A DNA stretch of 22,548 bases. Origin: an uncultured archaeon (GTDB taxonomy: Archaea > Asgardarchaeota > Heimdallarchaeia > Heimdallarchaeales > Kariarchaeaceae). The position numbers were made by a program, and so were the translations under genes. The stretch is taken from NCBI GenBank assembly GCA_964645535.1, contig CAZYCQ010000028.1:19812-42359 (forward strand). Direction: 5' to 3'. Positions 1-7,935 of the stretch are shown piece after piece. Within the stretch, counting starts at the first letter, position 1. Every line of letters starts with the position of its first letter. The notes beneath the pieces were generated by a model that worked only from the letters and a program-made list of their open reading frames with translations, did not search any database and was not told the origin of the DNA.

Positions 1-2
1 TT

Positions 3-158
3 CCTGACTTCAGCGAATTCAGAAGCAAATGTGAGGAAATTTTTGAAAAGGCAAATAACTATGTACAAGAGCTTCTTGCACTTAAATCAGAATTTTTTGG
101 AGTAAATGGGAAAGAGAGTGATGATAAAAAGAACAAATTGAAAGAGGAATTCTTTTGA
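3..158 (+). CDS. 3' end of an unknown protein running in from upstream (…PDFSEFRSKCEEIFEKANNYVQELLALKSEFFGVNGKESDDKKNKLKEEFF*)
   Basis: Open frame from position 3 to TGA at 156-158 with protein-like charged/helical composition; converges on the MTase stop at 166. Confidence 0.6.
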   Translation, partial: PDFSEFRSKCEEIFEKANNYVQELLALKSEFFGVNGKESDDKKNKLKEEFF

Positions 159-165
159 GGGATCG

Positions 166-1176
166 CTAGAGATAATCAACTACAATTTTATTGTTGTCTC
201 TATTTATGGATTTGATCAAGTTCAGTTTTAGCTCGATTTCTTGTTTGGTAATCACAGGAAAGCCAGCGGAATTTTGATACTTTGGCTGTTTTTTTTCGGA
301 GTATTTCCTGATAAATTCCTCGTGGGTTTTCAGTCGAGATTTTATATAATCATTGAGCATAGGGGCGATAGAAACGATTCGTTTTGATATGCTTTCCACC
401 AATTCCAAATCAAGTTCAAAGCCGATGCTATTTCGTTCTGATGCAATGGCAGCCATTGTTGTGGTTCCGGTTCCCAAAAATGGATCTAAAACCCAATCAT
501 TTTTGATAGAATACATCTGGATTAAACGGTAGGGAACCTCAAATGGAAAAGCTGCTGATCGTGTCCTAGATCCCTCTGCCATTGGTTGTCTTGTTCCAGT
601 CAATTCCCATATATCTGAAAACCATTGGTTACGTTCTTCCCAAAAAAAGGATGAACTTTTTCGTTGAGCGATGTTTATGTTCTTTCTCATTCCCCCTTTC
701 CTGAAGATTAGAATGTGCTCATGTTCCAAGGTAACATATGCGTTTGGAGGGAGAGTTCCAGATCCCATAAATTTGGTGGGAGAATTTGTTGGTTTTTTCC
801 AAATGATACTAGGGAGGTTGAGATACCCCATTTCCATAAATGTCTTGATTATTCGGGCATGTGAAGGAAATAATTGAAAATTCCCATCAAATTTTCGAGT
901 GGCATCCCCTATATTGATGCAGACTATACCACCGTCTACCAATAAGGGGTCAATTGTCTTCCAAACTTGGTCAAGTTCAAGATGCATGAGTTCAAAGGCC
1001 ATAATTGGGTTTTTTTTCAATTCATCCTTTATTTGAGGGTTCATTTCGCAAAATATGTCATCCCACATTTGAATCATAGGATAAGGAGGAGAAGTAACAA
1101 CAAGGTGTATTTTTGGAAAATCATCAATTGGGATGCTACGAGCATCCAAGTGGCGAATAAAGTGATAGGTAGTCAC
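166..1176 (-). CDS. Site-specific DNA methyltransferase, beta class (N6_N4_Mtase family, likely N4-cytosine)
   Basis: Catalytic motif IV VVTSPPY lies N-terminal of SAM-binding motif I VLDPFLGTGTT (beta order); also IIWKK, EHILIFRK, AAFP; GTG start. Confidence 0.92.
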   Translation of the reverse strand: MTTYHFIRHLDARSIPIDDFPKIHLVVTSPPYPMIQMWDDIFCEMNPQIKDELKKNPIMAFELMHLELDQVWKTIDPLLVDGGIVCINIGDATRKFDGNFQLFPSHARIIKTFMEMGYLNLPSIIWKKPTNSPTKFMGSGTLPPNAYVTLEHEHILIFRKGGMRKNINIAQRKSSSFFWEERNQWFSDIWELTGTRQPMAEGSRTRSAAFPFEVPYRLIQMYSIKNDWVLDPFLGTGTTTMAAIASERNSIGFELDLELVESISKRIVSIAPMLNDYIKSRLKTHEEFIRKYSEKKQPKYQNSAGFPVITKQEIELKLNLIKSINRDNNKIVVDYL

Positions 1177-1201
1177 TATGGACTTCTAGAATAAAGAAAA
1201 C

Positions 1202-2002
1202 TTAATTGTCTTCCGTTTCCAAATAGTGAAACATTATATCTCTTGCAATAGAAATGGCTCTCACATCATGAACTCGAAGAATTGCAGGATTTTTGAGCAT
1301 TGCCAATGTATTGAACACAATTGTTGCCTCGTAAAGTTCAGGATTTGATTGATCATGGTAATCTGTTTTGAAATAATATGAAAGGAATTTTTTCCTTGAA
1401 GCTGATATCAAGAGAGGATATCGATTCAATTGATGAAGTTTTTGAAGTATTTCCATATTAGTTTGGGGACTTTTTCCAAATCCAAAACCTGGATCAATGA
1501 AAATACGATCATTTGGTTTTCCCAAGGCATGCAATCGATCTGCGACTTTGTAAAGATGTTGCTTGATTTCTTCAATTGGATTGGTAAAAGATTGGTCAAC
1601 TAGATAATGTTTCTTTGGTTCACCTCGTAAATACATCATGCAATATCGAACATTTGATTGTGATACTGCTTCAAGCATGCCTTTCTCTCTTCCCCAATTA
1701 ATGTCGTTAATCATCCATGCACCTGCATCAATCGCGGCTTCTGCCACATTGGATCGCCAAGTATCCACAGAAATTTTGAATCCCATATCAGCTAGAATCT
1801 TGACATAAGGAATGACAAGATGTAGTTCCTCTTCAGCAGAAATTGATCTGGCTCTCGATGATGATGAATTTCCTCCAATCTCAATTATTTCAGCACCCTC
1901 ATCAATCATTTTCTCTGCACGTTCCAAAATAGCTTCCGGCTTTACTACGGAATGTTTGACAGGGCTATCTGGGGATAGATTGAGAATACCCATTATTTGC
2001 AC
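1202..2002 (-). CDS. folP: Dihydropteroate synthase-family protein (divergent active-site loops)
   Basis: Motifs IMGILN, ISVDT, MINDI, IDPGFGFGK, SASRKKFL, LRVHDV. Start moved from 2068 to GTG at 2002, where homology begins and a TATA-like element lies about 26 nt upstream. Confidence 0.88.
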   Translation of the reverse strand: MQIMGILNLSPDSPVKHSVVKPEAILERAEKMIDEGAEIIEIGGNSSSSRARSISAEEELHLVIPYVKILADMGFKISVDTWRSNVAEAAIDAGAWMINDINWGREKGMLEAVSQSNVRYCMMYLRGEPKKHYLVDQSFTNPIEEIKQHLYKVADRLHALGKPNDRIFIDPGFGFGKSPQTNMEILQKLHQLNRYPLLISASRKKFLSYYFKTDYHDQSNPELYEATIVFNTLAMLKNPAILRVHDVRAISIARDIMFHYLETEDN

Positions 2003-2069
2003 AAGTAAAAGAAAACAGCGGAACACTTTAGGTTTTCGAGTGATAGGAGGAATTGAGCATCTATTCAAG

Positions 2070-2095
2070 AAAGGTTACAAACCTTTGTAACTTTT
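2070..2095. promoter_or_regulatory. Operator-like palindrome GTTACAAA-CC-TTTGTAAC in the folP/dipeptidase divergent region
   Basis: Perfect 8-bp inverted repeat at 2074-2091, extendable by flanking AAA/TTT; the right arm sits at -29..-22 of ATG 2113. Confidence 0.55.
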
Positions 2096-2112
2096 TCATT
2101 TGCTGATGAAGC

Positions 2113-3462
2113 ATGGCAGACCCGATATCATTACTCAAAGAACTGATAAAAATTCCTTCAGTAAGTGCAGATCCAAATCGTAGGCAGGATGCAAGGAAAA
2201 CAGCAGAATTTATCGAAAACAAACTCAAGAAGTTGGGAGCGGAAACTGCGATAGTAGAAAATGAAGTTGAGGGACTCAATCCTCTGCTACTTGGGAAACT
2301 TGGAAATAATCCCGACAAATTTACAGTTGCCATATATTCCCATTATGATGTCCAGCCAGCCTTAAAATCTGATGGATGGGCAACAGAACCTTTTGAACCT
2401 ATAGAAAAGGATGGATATATTTATGGAAGAGGAGCAAGTGACGACAAAGGTCCGATTGCTGCAACATTGACCGCAGTTGAAGAAATTGTCTCTTCTGGGG
2501 ACCTTCCAGTAAATTTTAGATTTATCTATGAGGGAGAGGAAGAATCGGGTTCAGGAGGCTTTGAAAAAACCTTGTCCAAGCATGCAGATTTCCTTGGAAA
2601 AATCGATGGAATCATGATTCTTGATACAGCATGGTTTTCGGATAATGCACCAGGAATGGATTATGGGTTTAGAGGACTTGCCTATATGGGAATTGAAATT
2701 CAAGGACCAAAGAAAGATATCCATAGTGGACTTGCTGGAGGAATTATCCGGGAACCTATGACAGATCTTGTCAAAATTCTCGCACAATTGCATGATGAAA
2801 ACCACAAGGCAACAATTCCGGGATTCTATAATGATGTTGTTCCGGTCACTCCCGAAGAAGAACAGTTTTATGAAAACATTGATTTTGATATTGATGAGTT
2901 CAAGAAAGCAAATGGGATCCCTTCACTACTTTCCGATGATAAGAAAACGATTCTGATGGATAACTGGAGAAACCCCTGTCTTTCTATTCATGGCATTGAA
3001 GGAGCATTTTATGAACCAGGGGCAAAAACAGTAATTCCCGGAAAGGTTATAGGTAAGGTGTCAATGAGATTAGTACCCAATCAGGATCCTTCCAAAATTG
3101 CCAAACTTTTCACTGAATATGTTGAGCAACTTTTTGAAGAATTGAAATCTCCAAACAAATTAAAGGTGTATACTTATGGAACAGGGGATTGGTGGTATGG
3201 AGATCCAAATAGCTTTCTCTATTCCAAGGCAAGAAAGATTCTCAAAGAATATTGGGGAATTGAACCTACCCTAACAAGATCAGGAGGCTCCATTCCCATC
3301 ATCCCATTCATGGAGAAACTGTTTGACGCTCCTGCAATAGCAATTGGAATTGGGCAAAATAGTGATGGTGCACATTCACAGAATGAAAGAGTTCGGATCA
3401 AGAATATTGTTGGAGCAAAGGAAGTCTTAAAGTTGTATTTCTCAGAATTATCAAAAAGTTAG
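2113..3462 (+). CDS. M20 family metallo-dipeptidase, CNDP2/Dug1p-like
   Basis: Metal ligands and motifs YSHYDVQPA, GRGASDDKGP, EGEEESGS, DIHSG, HGIEGAF, SGGSIP, DGAHSQNE. Confidence 0.93.
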   Translation: MADPISLLKELIKIPSVSADPNRRQDARKTAEFIENKLKKLGAETAIVENEVEGLNPLLLGKLGNNPDKFTVAIYSHYDVQPALKSDGWATEPFEPIEKDGYIYGRGASDDKGPIAATLTAVEEIVSSGDLPVNFRFIYEGEEESGSGGFEKTLSKHADFLGKIDGIMILDTAWFSDNAPGMDYGFRGLAYMGIEIQGPKKDIHSGLAGGIIREPMTDLVKILAQLHDENHKATIPGFYNDVVPVTPEEEQFYENIDFDIDEFKKANGIPSLLSDDKKTILMDNWRNPCLSIHGIEGAFYEPGAKTVIPGKVIGKVSMRLVPNQDPSKIAKLFTEYVEQLFEELKSPNKLKVYTYGTGDWWYGDPNSFLYSKARKILKEYWGIEPTLTRSGGSIPIIPFMEKLFDAPAIAIGIGQNSDGAHSQNERVRIKNIVGAKEVLKLYFSELSKS

Positions 3463-3529
3463 TGAATTGGAAGAGGACAAATAATAGCTCTTTATTGCAA
3501 AGCCGTTTCCATTGTTTGTTGAGTATTTA

Positions 3530-4747
3530 CTATTGTCGTCGTTTTAATAGAGGTATTGCAAACAGAGGCAAAATTGCAAATATCAAAGAGAATGGGGCTT
3601 CAACAGATGAAGCAGGAGTTGATTCCCGTGGTAGATCTGTTTTAAGGTCTGATGTGGTAGGGGAAACCAAGGTGGTGGAATTTTCGGAAGAAATGGGAGT
3701 TGTGGGGACAGGTTCGGTTGCTATGGGAGGCTGTTGGACATTCTGTTTTGCTGCTTGGCTGACCACACCCATCTTTGGATCCCAATAAATTGAGGAGACA
3801 TTGACAGCATCAAACGTAAAGTATGTTTTCTGTGAAGTTTCACCTTCTTCGTCTGTTGAATTTTCTAATGTTGATGCAATTACATCAATGCTGGATCCCA
3901 TTGCTTCAGCAAATTCAGCCCAAGAAAAGTAACCAGTTGTATTGGCCATAGAGATTTCCACTTGTGTTTCATTCGAAGCGAAACCTTCAAGTTCTTCTTC
4001 AGATTCTTGTTCAATCTGTAATTGAGCTTCTGTTTTAATATGTGTCTTGATTGCAAGTTTTGTATCAGAACTTGTTAAGTTATAGTTGTTGATGTAAACA
4101 TCAATTTTAAGGGAATTCGGAGTAATTGTTACGTTATCTCTATTTAGAAAACCACTGGTGAGCATCATAACAAGAGTAAAGAGGCCATCTTGAGTGGTTG
4201 CGTTGATTTGAAGATAACCAAGGGTGGTGTTATAATGGACTTGTAAATCATTCCAACCTGCATTACCGATTTCATAAAAAGAAACAATGGTTTCGTTTTG
4301 ATAACCTGGTTCACCACTATCGATAAATTCAACAATTTTGTCAAATTTTACCTTATAGCTGAGTTCAGATTCATTGTTTGCACTTGAGTTGATAGCAACT
4401 GAATTGGAGAACTTAAACTTAATTTCAGCAGCGTTATCAGACTGCACATCAAATTCTACTTCAAAAACATCTTTGGTGGTTCCGTTTTTCAGAGTAGATT
4501 TTGATTTGAATCTGTCAACTTCACTTTCATATTCTATTTCCCTTTCATAGGCATGTTCAATATCATCGTCTATTCCATCTCCGTCAGAATCATCGAAGCC
4601 ATCATCAGTTGAGTTGTCATCGTCCATTAAGTGGAAGACAGGAGAATTCATCTGGGTATTAGAAGTTCCAATTGGCACAGAGTTGACCAAAAAGAAAGAC
4701 AATGATAAGATGAAAATCATAAGTAGTGTTTTGTGTAGTACCTTCAT
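3530..4747 (-). CDS. Secreted, acidic cell-surface glycoprotein with signal peptide, Ca-binding DxDxDG loop, S/T/P linker and C-terminal TM anchor
   Basis: N-terminal hydrophobic segment; DSDGDGIDD; many N-x-S/T sequons; Thr/Pro-rich stalk; C-terminal APF-hydrophobic-KRRQ; SD AGGTGAT upstream. Confidence 0.85.
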   Translation of the reverse strand: MKVLHKTLLMIFILSLSFFLVNSVPIGTSNTQMNSPVFHLMDDDNSTDDGFDDSDGDGIDDDIEHAYEREIEYESEVDRFKSKSTLKNGTTKDVFEVEFDVQSDNAAEIKFKFSNSVAINSSANNESELSYKVKFDKIVEFIDSGEPGYQNETIVSFYEIGNAGWNDLQVHYNTTLGYLQINATTQDGLFTLVMMLTSGFLNRDNVTITPNSLKIDVYINNYNLTSSDTKLAIKTHIKTEAQLQIEQESEEELEGFASNETQVEISMANTTGYFSWAEFAEAMGSSIDVIASTLENSTDEEGETSQKTYFTFDAVNVSSIYWDPKMGVVSQAAKQNVQQPPIATEPVPTTPISSENSTTLVSPTTSDLKTDLPRESTPASSVEAPFSLIFAILPLFAIPLLKRRQ

Positions 4748-4750
4748 ACC

Positions 4751-4757
4751 ATCACCT
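4751..4757 (-). promoter_or_regulatory. Archaeal Shine-Dalgarno (AGGTGAT) for the surface-protein gene
   Basis: Minus strand reads AGGTGATGGT-ATG at 4747. Confidence 0.65.
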
Positions 4758-4841
4758 GTTGGGTAATATTACTTTGATACCAATGTATTTGGTATTATCA
4801 GGAACAGATCTGCCCATTTTGATTTCAACAAAGTTTTTAGT

Positions 4842-6719
4842 TTAGATGAGTTTCATTTGGTATTCTTTCATAGGTTTGAACAGTTCAATGCCTGTTTTTT
4901 CCTTTACCCATTCAATGGTTTTGTAATAAAAGTCAAGGTAATCAAAAGAGTTGAAATCATTGTTTCCAGTAGGGATTTTGAATTTCTCCACTAACAGGTG
5001 AGCCATATCATAACCAGATGCATCATGTCGAAGGACAGCTGAAAGGGGATCCCAAAACAGAACCCGGAACAGCTTTTCTTGAGACAATTGGGTTCCATCT
5101 GCCAATATCACTTGACCAGCATGAACGGAGTAACCTACACCCACACCTCCACCACCATGAAGGCTTACCCAAGTTGCACCTGAAAGAGCATTCCCCATAA
5201 GGTTAAGGACAGGATAATCAGCAATTGCATCACTTCCATCTTTCATGCCTTCAGTTTCTCTGAATGGGGAAGCTACTGAGCCACCATCCAAATGATCTCT
5301 TCCGATGATTATAGGAGCCTTGATTTTCCCTTCATGTACGAGTTTGTTAATTAACATTCCAAAAGCAGCTCGACCCCAAAATCCAGCCCAAAAAACGCGA
5401 GCAGGCAGACCCTTTTCGAAGGGGATGTATTTGTCGGCTAAATTGATCCAGTTCACAAGTTGCTTGTCATCACTGAACAAGAGTTTTGCATAATGATCAG
5501 TTGTTTTAATATCCTTTGGATCATTTGAAAGAGCCACCCATCGGAATGGTCCTTTTCCAATGGAAAAGAGGTTTCTGATGTATTTGATAACAAAACCTTC
5601 AAAATCGTAGGCATTCTTAACACCTGCCTTGTAAGCTTGAGTCCTGATATTGTTGCCGTAGTCAAATGTTTCTGCCCCTCTTTTTTGAAGTTCCAACATA
5701 AGTTCTACATGCCTTTTGACAGTCTGGTATGAAAGTTGGACATAATGTTCAGGGTCTTCTTCACGCATTCGGATAGCTTCATCATATGTTAGAGAATCTG
5801 GGAAATATCCATACAGCATATCGTGGGCAGAAGTCTGGTCAGTAAGAACCAGAGGAGTAATATTGTTGTCTACGAGATATTTGAGTAACTCGGTTGCGTT
5901 ACAATGAACCCCAATGGAAACTGCTTCGCCTTTTTCTGCAAATTCTTTTGCGAGGTTGATGGCTTCTTCAGGAGTCTTGGTTTTGTAATCTAAATAAGGA
6001 GTTCCCCTATCTCTTCCTAGATTGTAAATTCTGTCAATCTGCTTTTCATTCACCTCGGCTATAATGGCTATTTTACCAGCCATTTTGATCGCAAGTGGTT
6101 GTGCACCACTCATTAGACCCAAGCCTGCTGTAACTACCAATCTCTTCTCAAATTCTGAAAGGGAGGGGTTCTTTCCTTCGGCTTGGCGGATGGCCTCCAT
6201 CACAGTTTCATAAGTTCCTTGAATTATACCTTGGAGACCAATAAAGATGAAGGATCCGGCAGTCATTTGTCCATAAACGGTTAGACCAGCCTTGACGAAT
6301 TCATTGAAGTTGTCAACCCATTTAGGTACAATTAGGCTATTGGTAATGACTACCCTAGGAGCCCATTCATGAGTCAGGGTTTTTCCATAAGGGACACCAG
6401 ATTGCAAAAACAAGGTCTCATTAGGTTCAAGCGTTTCAAGGAGTTCCAAGGTTCTGTACAGTGCCTTCCAATTTCTTGCTACACGACCAGATCCTCCATA
6501 AATATAAAGTGTCTCCCAATCTGAACCGTTATGAAGATTATTCAAAATTGCCCTTTTAACGGCTTCAGTAGGCCATCCAGCTTTTGTGGTAGGTTTAAGG
6601 GCATCCTCCCCTTTTGGGAGTGGAGGAATGGTATCAGGTTTCAAATCCAATCTAAGCTGTTTTTCGAGGGGTAAACGATGTTTTCCCTCAATTATTTCAT
6701 CAATTTTGTACTTTTTCAC
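4842..6719 (-). CDS. hutU: Urocanate hydratase (urocanase) family protein
   Basis: YGGSGRVARNW, GQMTAGS, QGIIQGTYET, TDQTSAHD, DYGNNIR, GRDHLDGGSVASPFRETEGMKDGSDAIAD, WVSLHGGGGVGVG; GTG start. Confidence 0.93.
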   Translation of the reverse strand: MKKYKIDEIIEGKHRLPLEKQLRLDLKPDTIPPLPKGEDALKPTTKAGWPTEAVKRAILNNLHNGSDWETLYIYGGSGRVARNWKALYRTLELLETLEPNETLFLQSGVPYGKTLTHEWAPRVVITNSLIVPKWVDNFNEFVKAGLTVYGQMTAGSFIFIGLQGIIQGTYETVMEAIRQAEGKNPSLSEFEKRLVVTAGLGLMSGAQPLAIKMAGKIAIIAEVNEKQIDRIYNLGRDRGTPYLDYKTKTPEEAINLAKEFAEKGEAVSIGVHCNATELLKYLVDNNITPLVLTDQTSAHDMLYGYFPDSLTYDEAIRMREEDPEHYVQLSYQTVKRHVELMLELQKRGAETFDYGNNIRTQAYKAGVKNAYDFEGFVIKYIRNLFSIGKGPFRWVALSNDPKDIKTTDHYAKLLFSDDKQLVNWINLADKYIPFEKGLPARVFWAGFWGRAAFGMLINKLVHEGKIKAPIIIGRDHLDGGSVASPFRETEGMKDGSDAIADYPVLNLMGNALSGATWVSLHGGGGVGVGYSVHAGQVILADGTQLSQEKLFRVLFWDPLSAVLRHDASGYDMAHLLVEKFKIPTGNNDFNSFDYLDFYYKTIEWVKEKTGIELFKPMKEYQMKLI

Positions 6720-6774
6720 AATTAAAGGCTAGATGTTGTCTTAAGAAATTTGACATTTTCCCTTGAATTGATGA

Positions 6775-7452
6775 TCACACCGCTCCACTAAAAAATTGAA
6801 CATTCGGTGGATCTATAAATGAAAACCCATGTGGAAAATTCACGAATAAGGTATAGAGTGGACGATTGGTTAAAAATTTAAATTGTTCTAATCCTTGACG
6901 GATTTCTGGAATTGGAAGTTCATCATAGTTTGGATTTGGATCAAGCGTTGCCTGCATAGTCATACGGTATCCAAAACCATTAAGGGCAAGAAGGTCATGT
7001 AGATCACGTCTTTCCTCCTTAGCATTGATTTCAAAATATTTTGCCGGTTTTTCTTTTGAGTTGTTGACCAATTGGCTTTCATATTCAGGTGGAGGAAGAA
7101 TGAATTGCATAGGCTTCATATGATAAAGAAAAAAACGCCGTACCTTGGTTTTGTCTATTCTTTGTTGGATTAAGGCGGAACAATTTGGATCAAGAGCTTG
7201 AATGACTCTGCCCCATTGATTTCTTTCATTTAGAAATGCCGTTGTGGGATTTTCCTTTGCAGGAGGAAGCACAATCAGGTTGAACTTGATTTCAGGCATA
7301 AAGTGCCTATGTTCTGGAAGAATAAGGTTTTCATATAAGAGAGGTTGATTATCCCCATTAAGGGGAATTGGGTCTCGAATGAAATCTCCTCGATTGAAAA
7401 TTGGTGTTCCATCATCATGGAAATCAATGGGAAGTCCGTAGGAAACAGTCAC
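6775..7452 (-). CDS. Cupin glucose-6-phosphate isomerase-like protein lacking the metal-binding residues (probable pseudoenzyme)
   Basis: Collinear motifs resembling archaeal cupin GPI: YGLPI, IKFNLIVLPP, ILPPPEYESQLVN, GFGY, PNPNYDELP; no GHYH/E/H ligands; GTG start. Confidence 0.6.
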   Translation of the reverse strand: MTVSYGLPIDFHDDGTPIFNRGDFIRDPIPLNGDNQPLLYENLILPEHRHFMPEIKFNLIVLPPAKENPTTAFLNERNQWGRVIQALDPNCSALIQQRIDKTKVRRFFLYHMKPMQFILPPPEYESQLVNNSKEKPAKYFEINAKEERRDLHDLLALNGFGYRMTMQATLDPNPNYDELPIPEIRQGLEQFKFLTNRPLYTLFVNFPHGFSFIDPPNVQFFSGAV

Positions 7453-7547
7453 AATTAACTTTTGGGAAAGCAGGGAATTAACCTTTGCCTGATTGAAGAT
7501 AGAAAATCATCAAAAGTTTGGTCGAAAATTGTAATAAGAGTGTGTTC

Positions 7548-7562
7548 TTTATAAATTTATAC
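7548..7562 (+). promoter_or_regulatory. TATA box within a perfect palindrome TATAAATTTATA upstream of padR
   Basis: 12-bp palindrome at 7550-7561; TTTATA lies about 24-29 nt upstream of ATG 7585. Confidence 0.55.
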
Positions 7563-7584
7563 CAAACTTAAGATTAGAAGTGTT

Positions 7585-7935
7585 ATGAATGAGGACGATA
7601 CTGAGAGATTCAAGCCCTTGGAACGACTCAGAAAAAAATTGATGGTAGAGAATCTATATATCTGGATTCTCATTCTGTTGCAAGAGGAAAAAAAATATGC
7701 CTATGAATTGAAGAATGAGATAAAGGAAAGATTTGGATTTGCACCAGCCACGGTCACCTCCTATGCTGTTCTGTACAAGCTAAACAGGGAAGGATATGTT
7801 GAAACCATTACACAAAACCCTTTTCCCAACAGAAAATACTACCAAATTACACCTAAAGGAGAGAAATTGATTGAAGAAACCAAAAAAGTCTTCAAAGAGC
7901 TTTATCATGAATTGTTTGGAGAAGAATTAACTTAA
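7585..7935 (+). CDS. PadR family winged-helix transcriptional regulator
   Basis: ILILLQEEKKYAYELK, YAVLYKLNREGYV, RKYYQITPKGEK. Confidence 0.93.
   Translation: MNEDDTERFKPLERLRKKLMVENLYIWILILLQEEKKYAYELKNEIKERFGFAPATVTSYAVLYKLNREGYVETITQNPFPNRKYYQITPKGEKLIEETKKVFKELYHELFGEELT

Noticed and set aside
2003-2068. N-terminal extension of FolP
   Set aside because: No homology; spans promoter-like sequence; GTG 2002 is the better start.
3462-3788. 108-aa plus-strand ORF after the dipeptidase
   Set aside because: Antisense shadow of the Thr/Pro-rich stalk of the surface protein.
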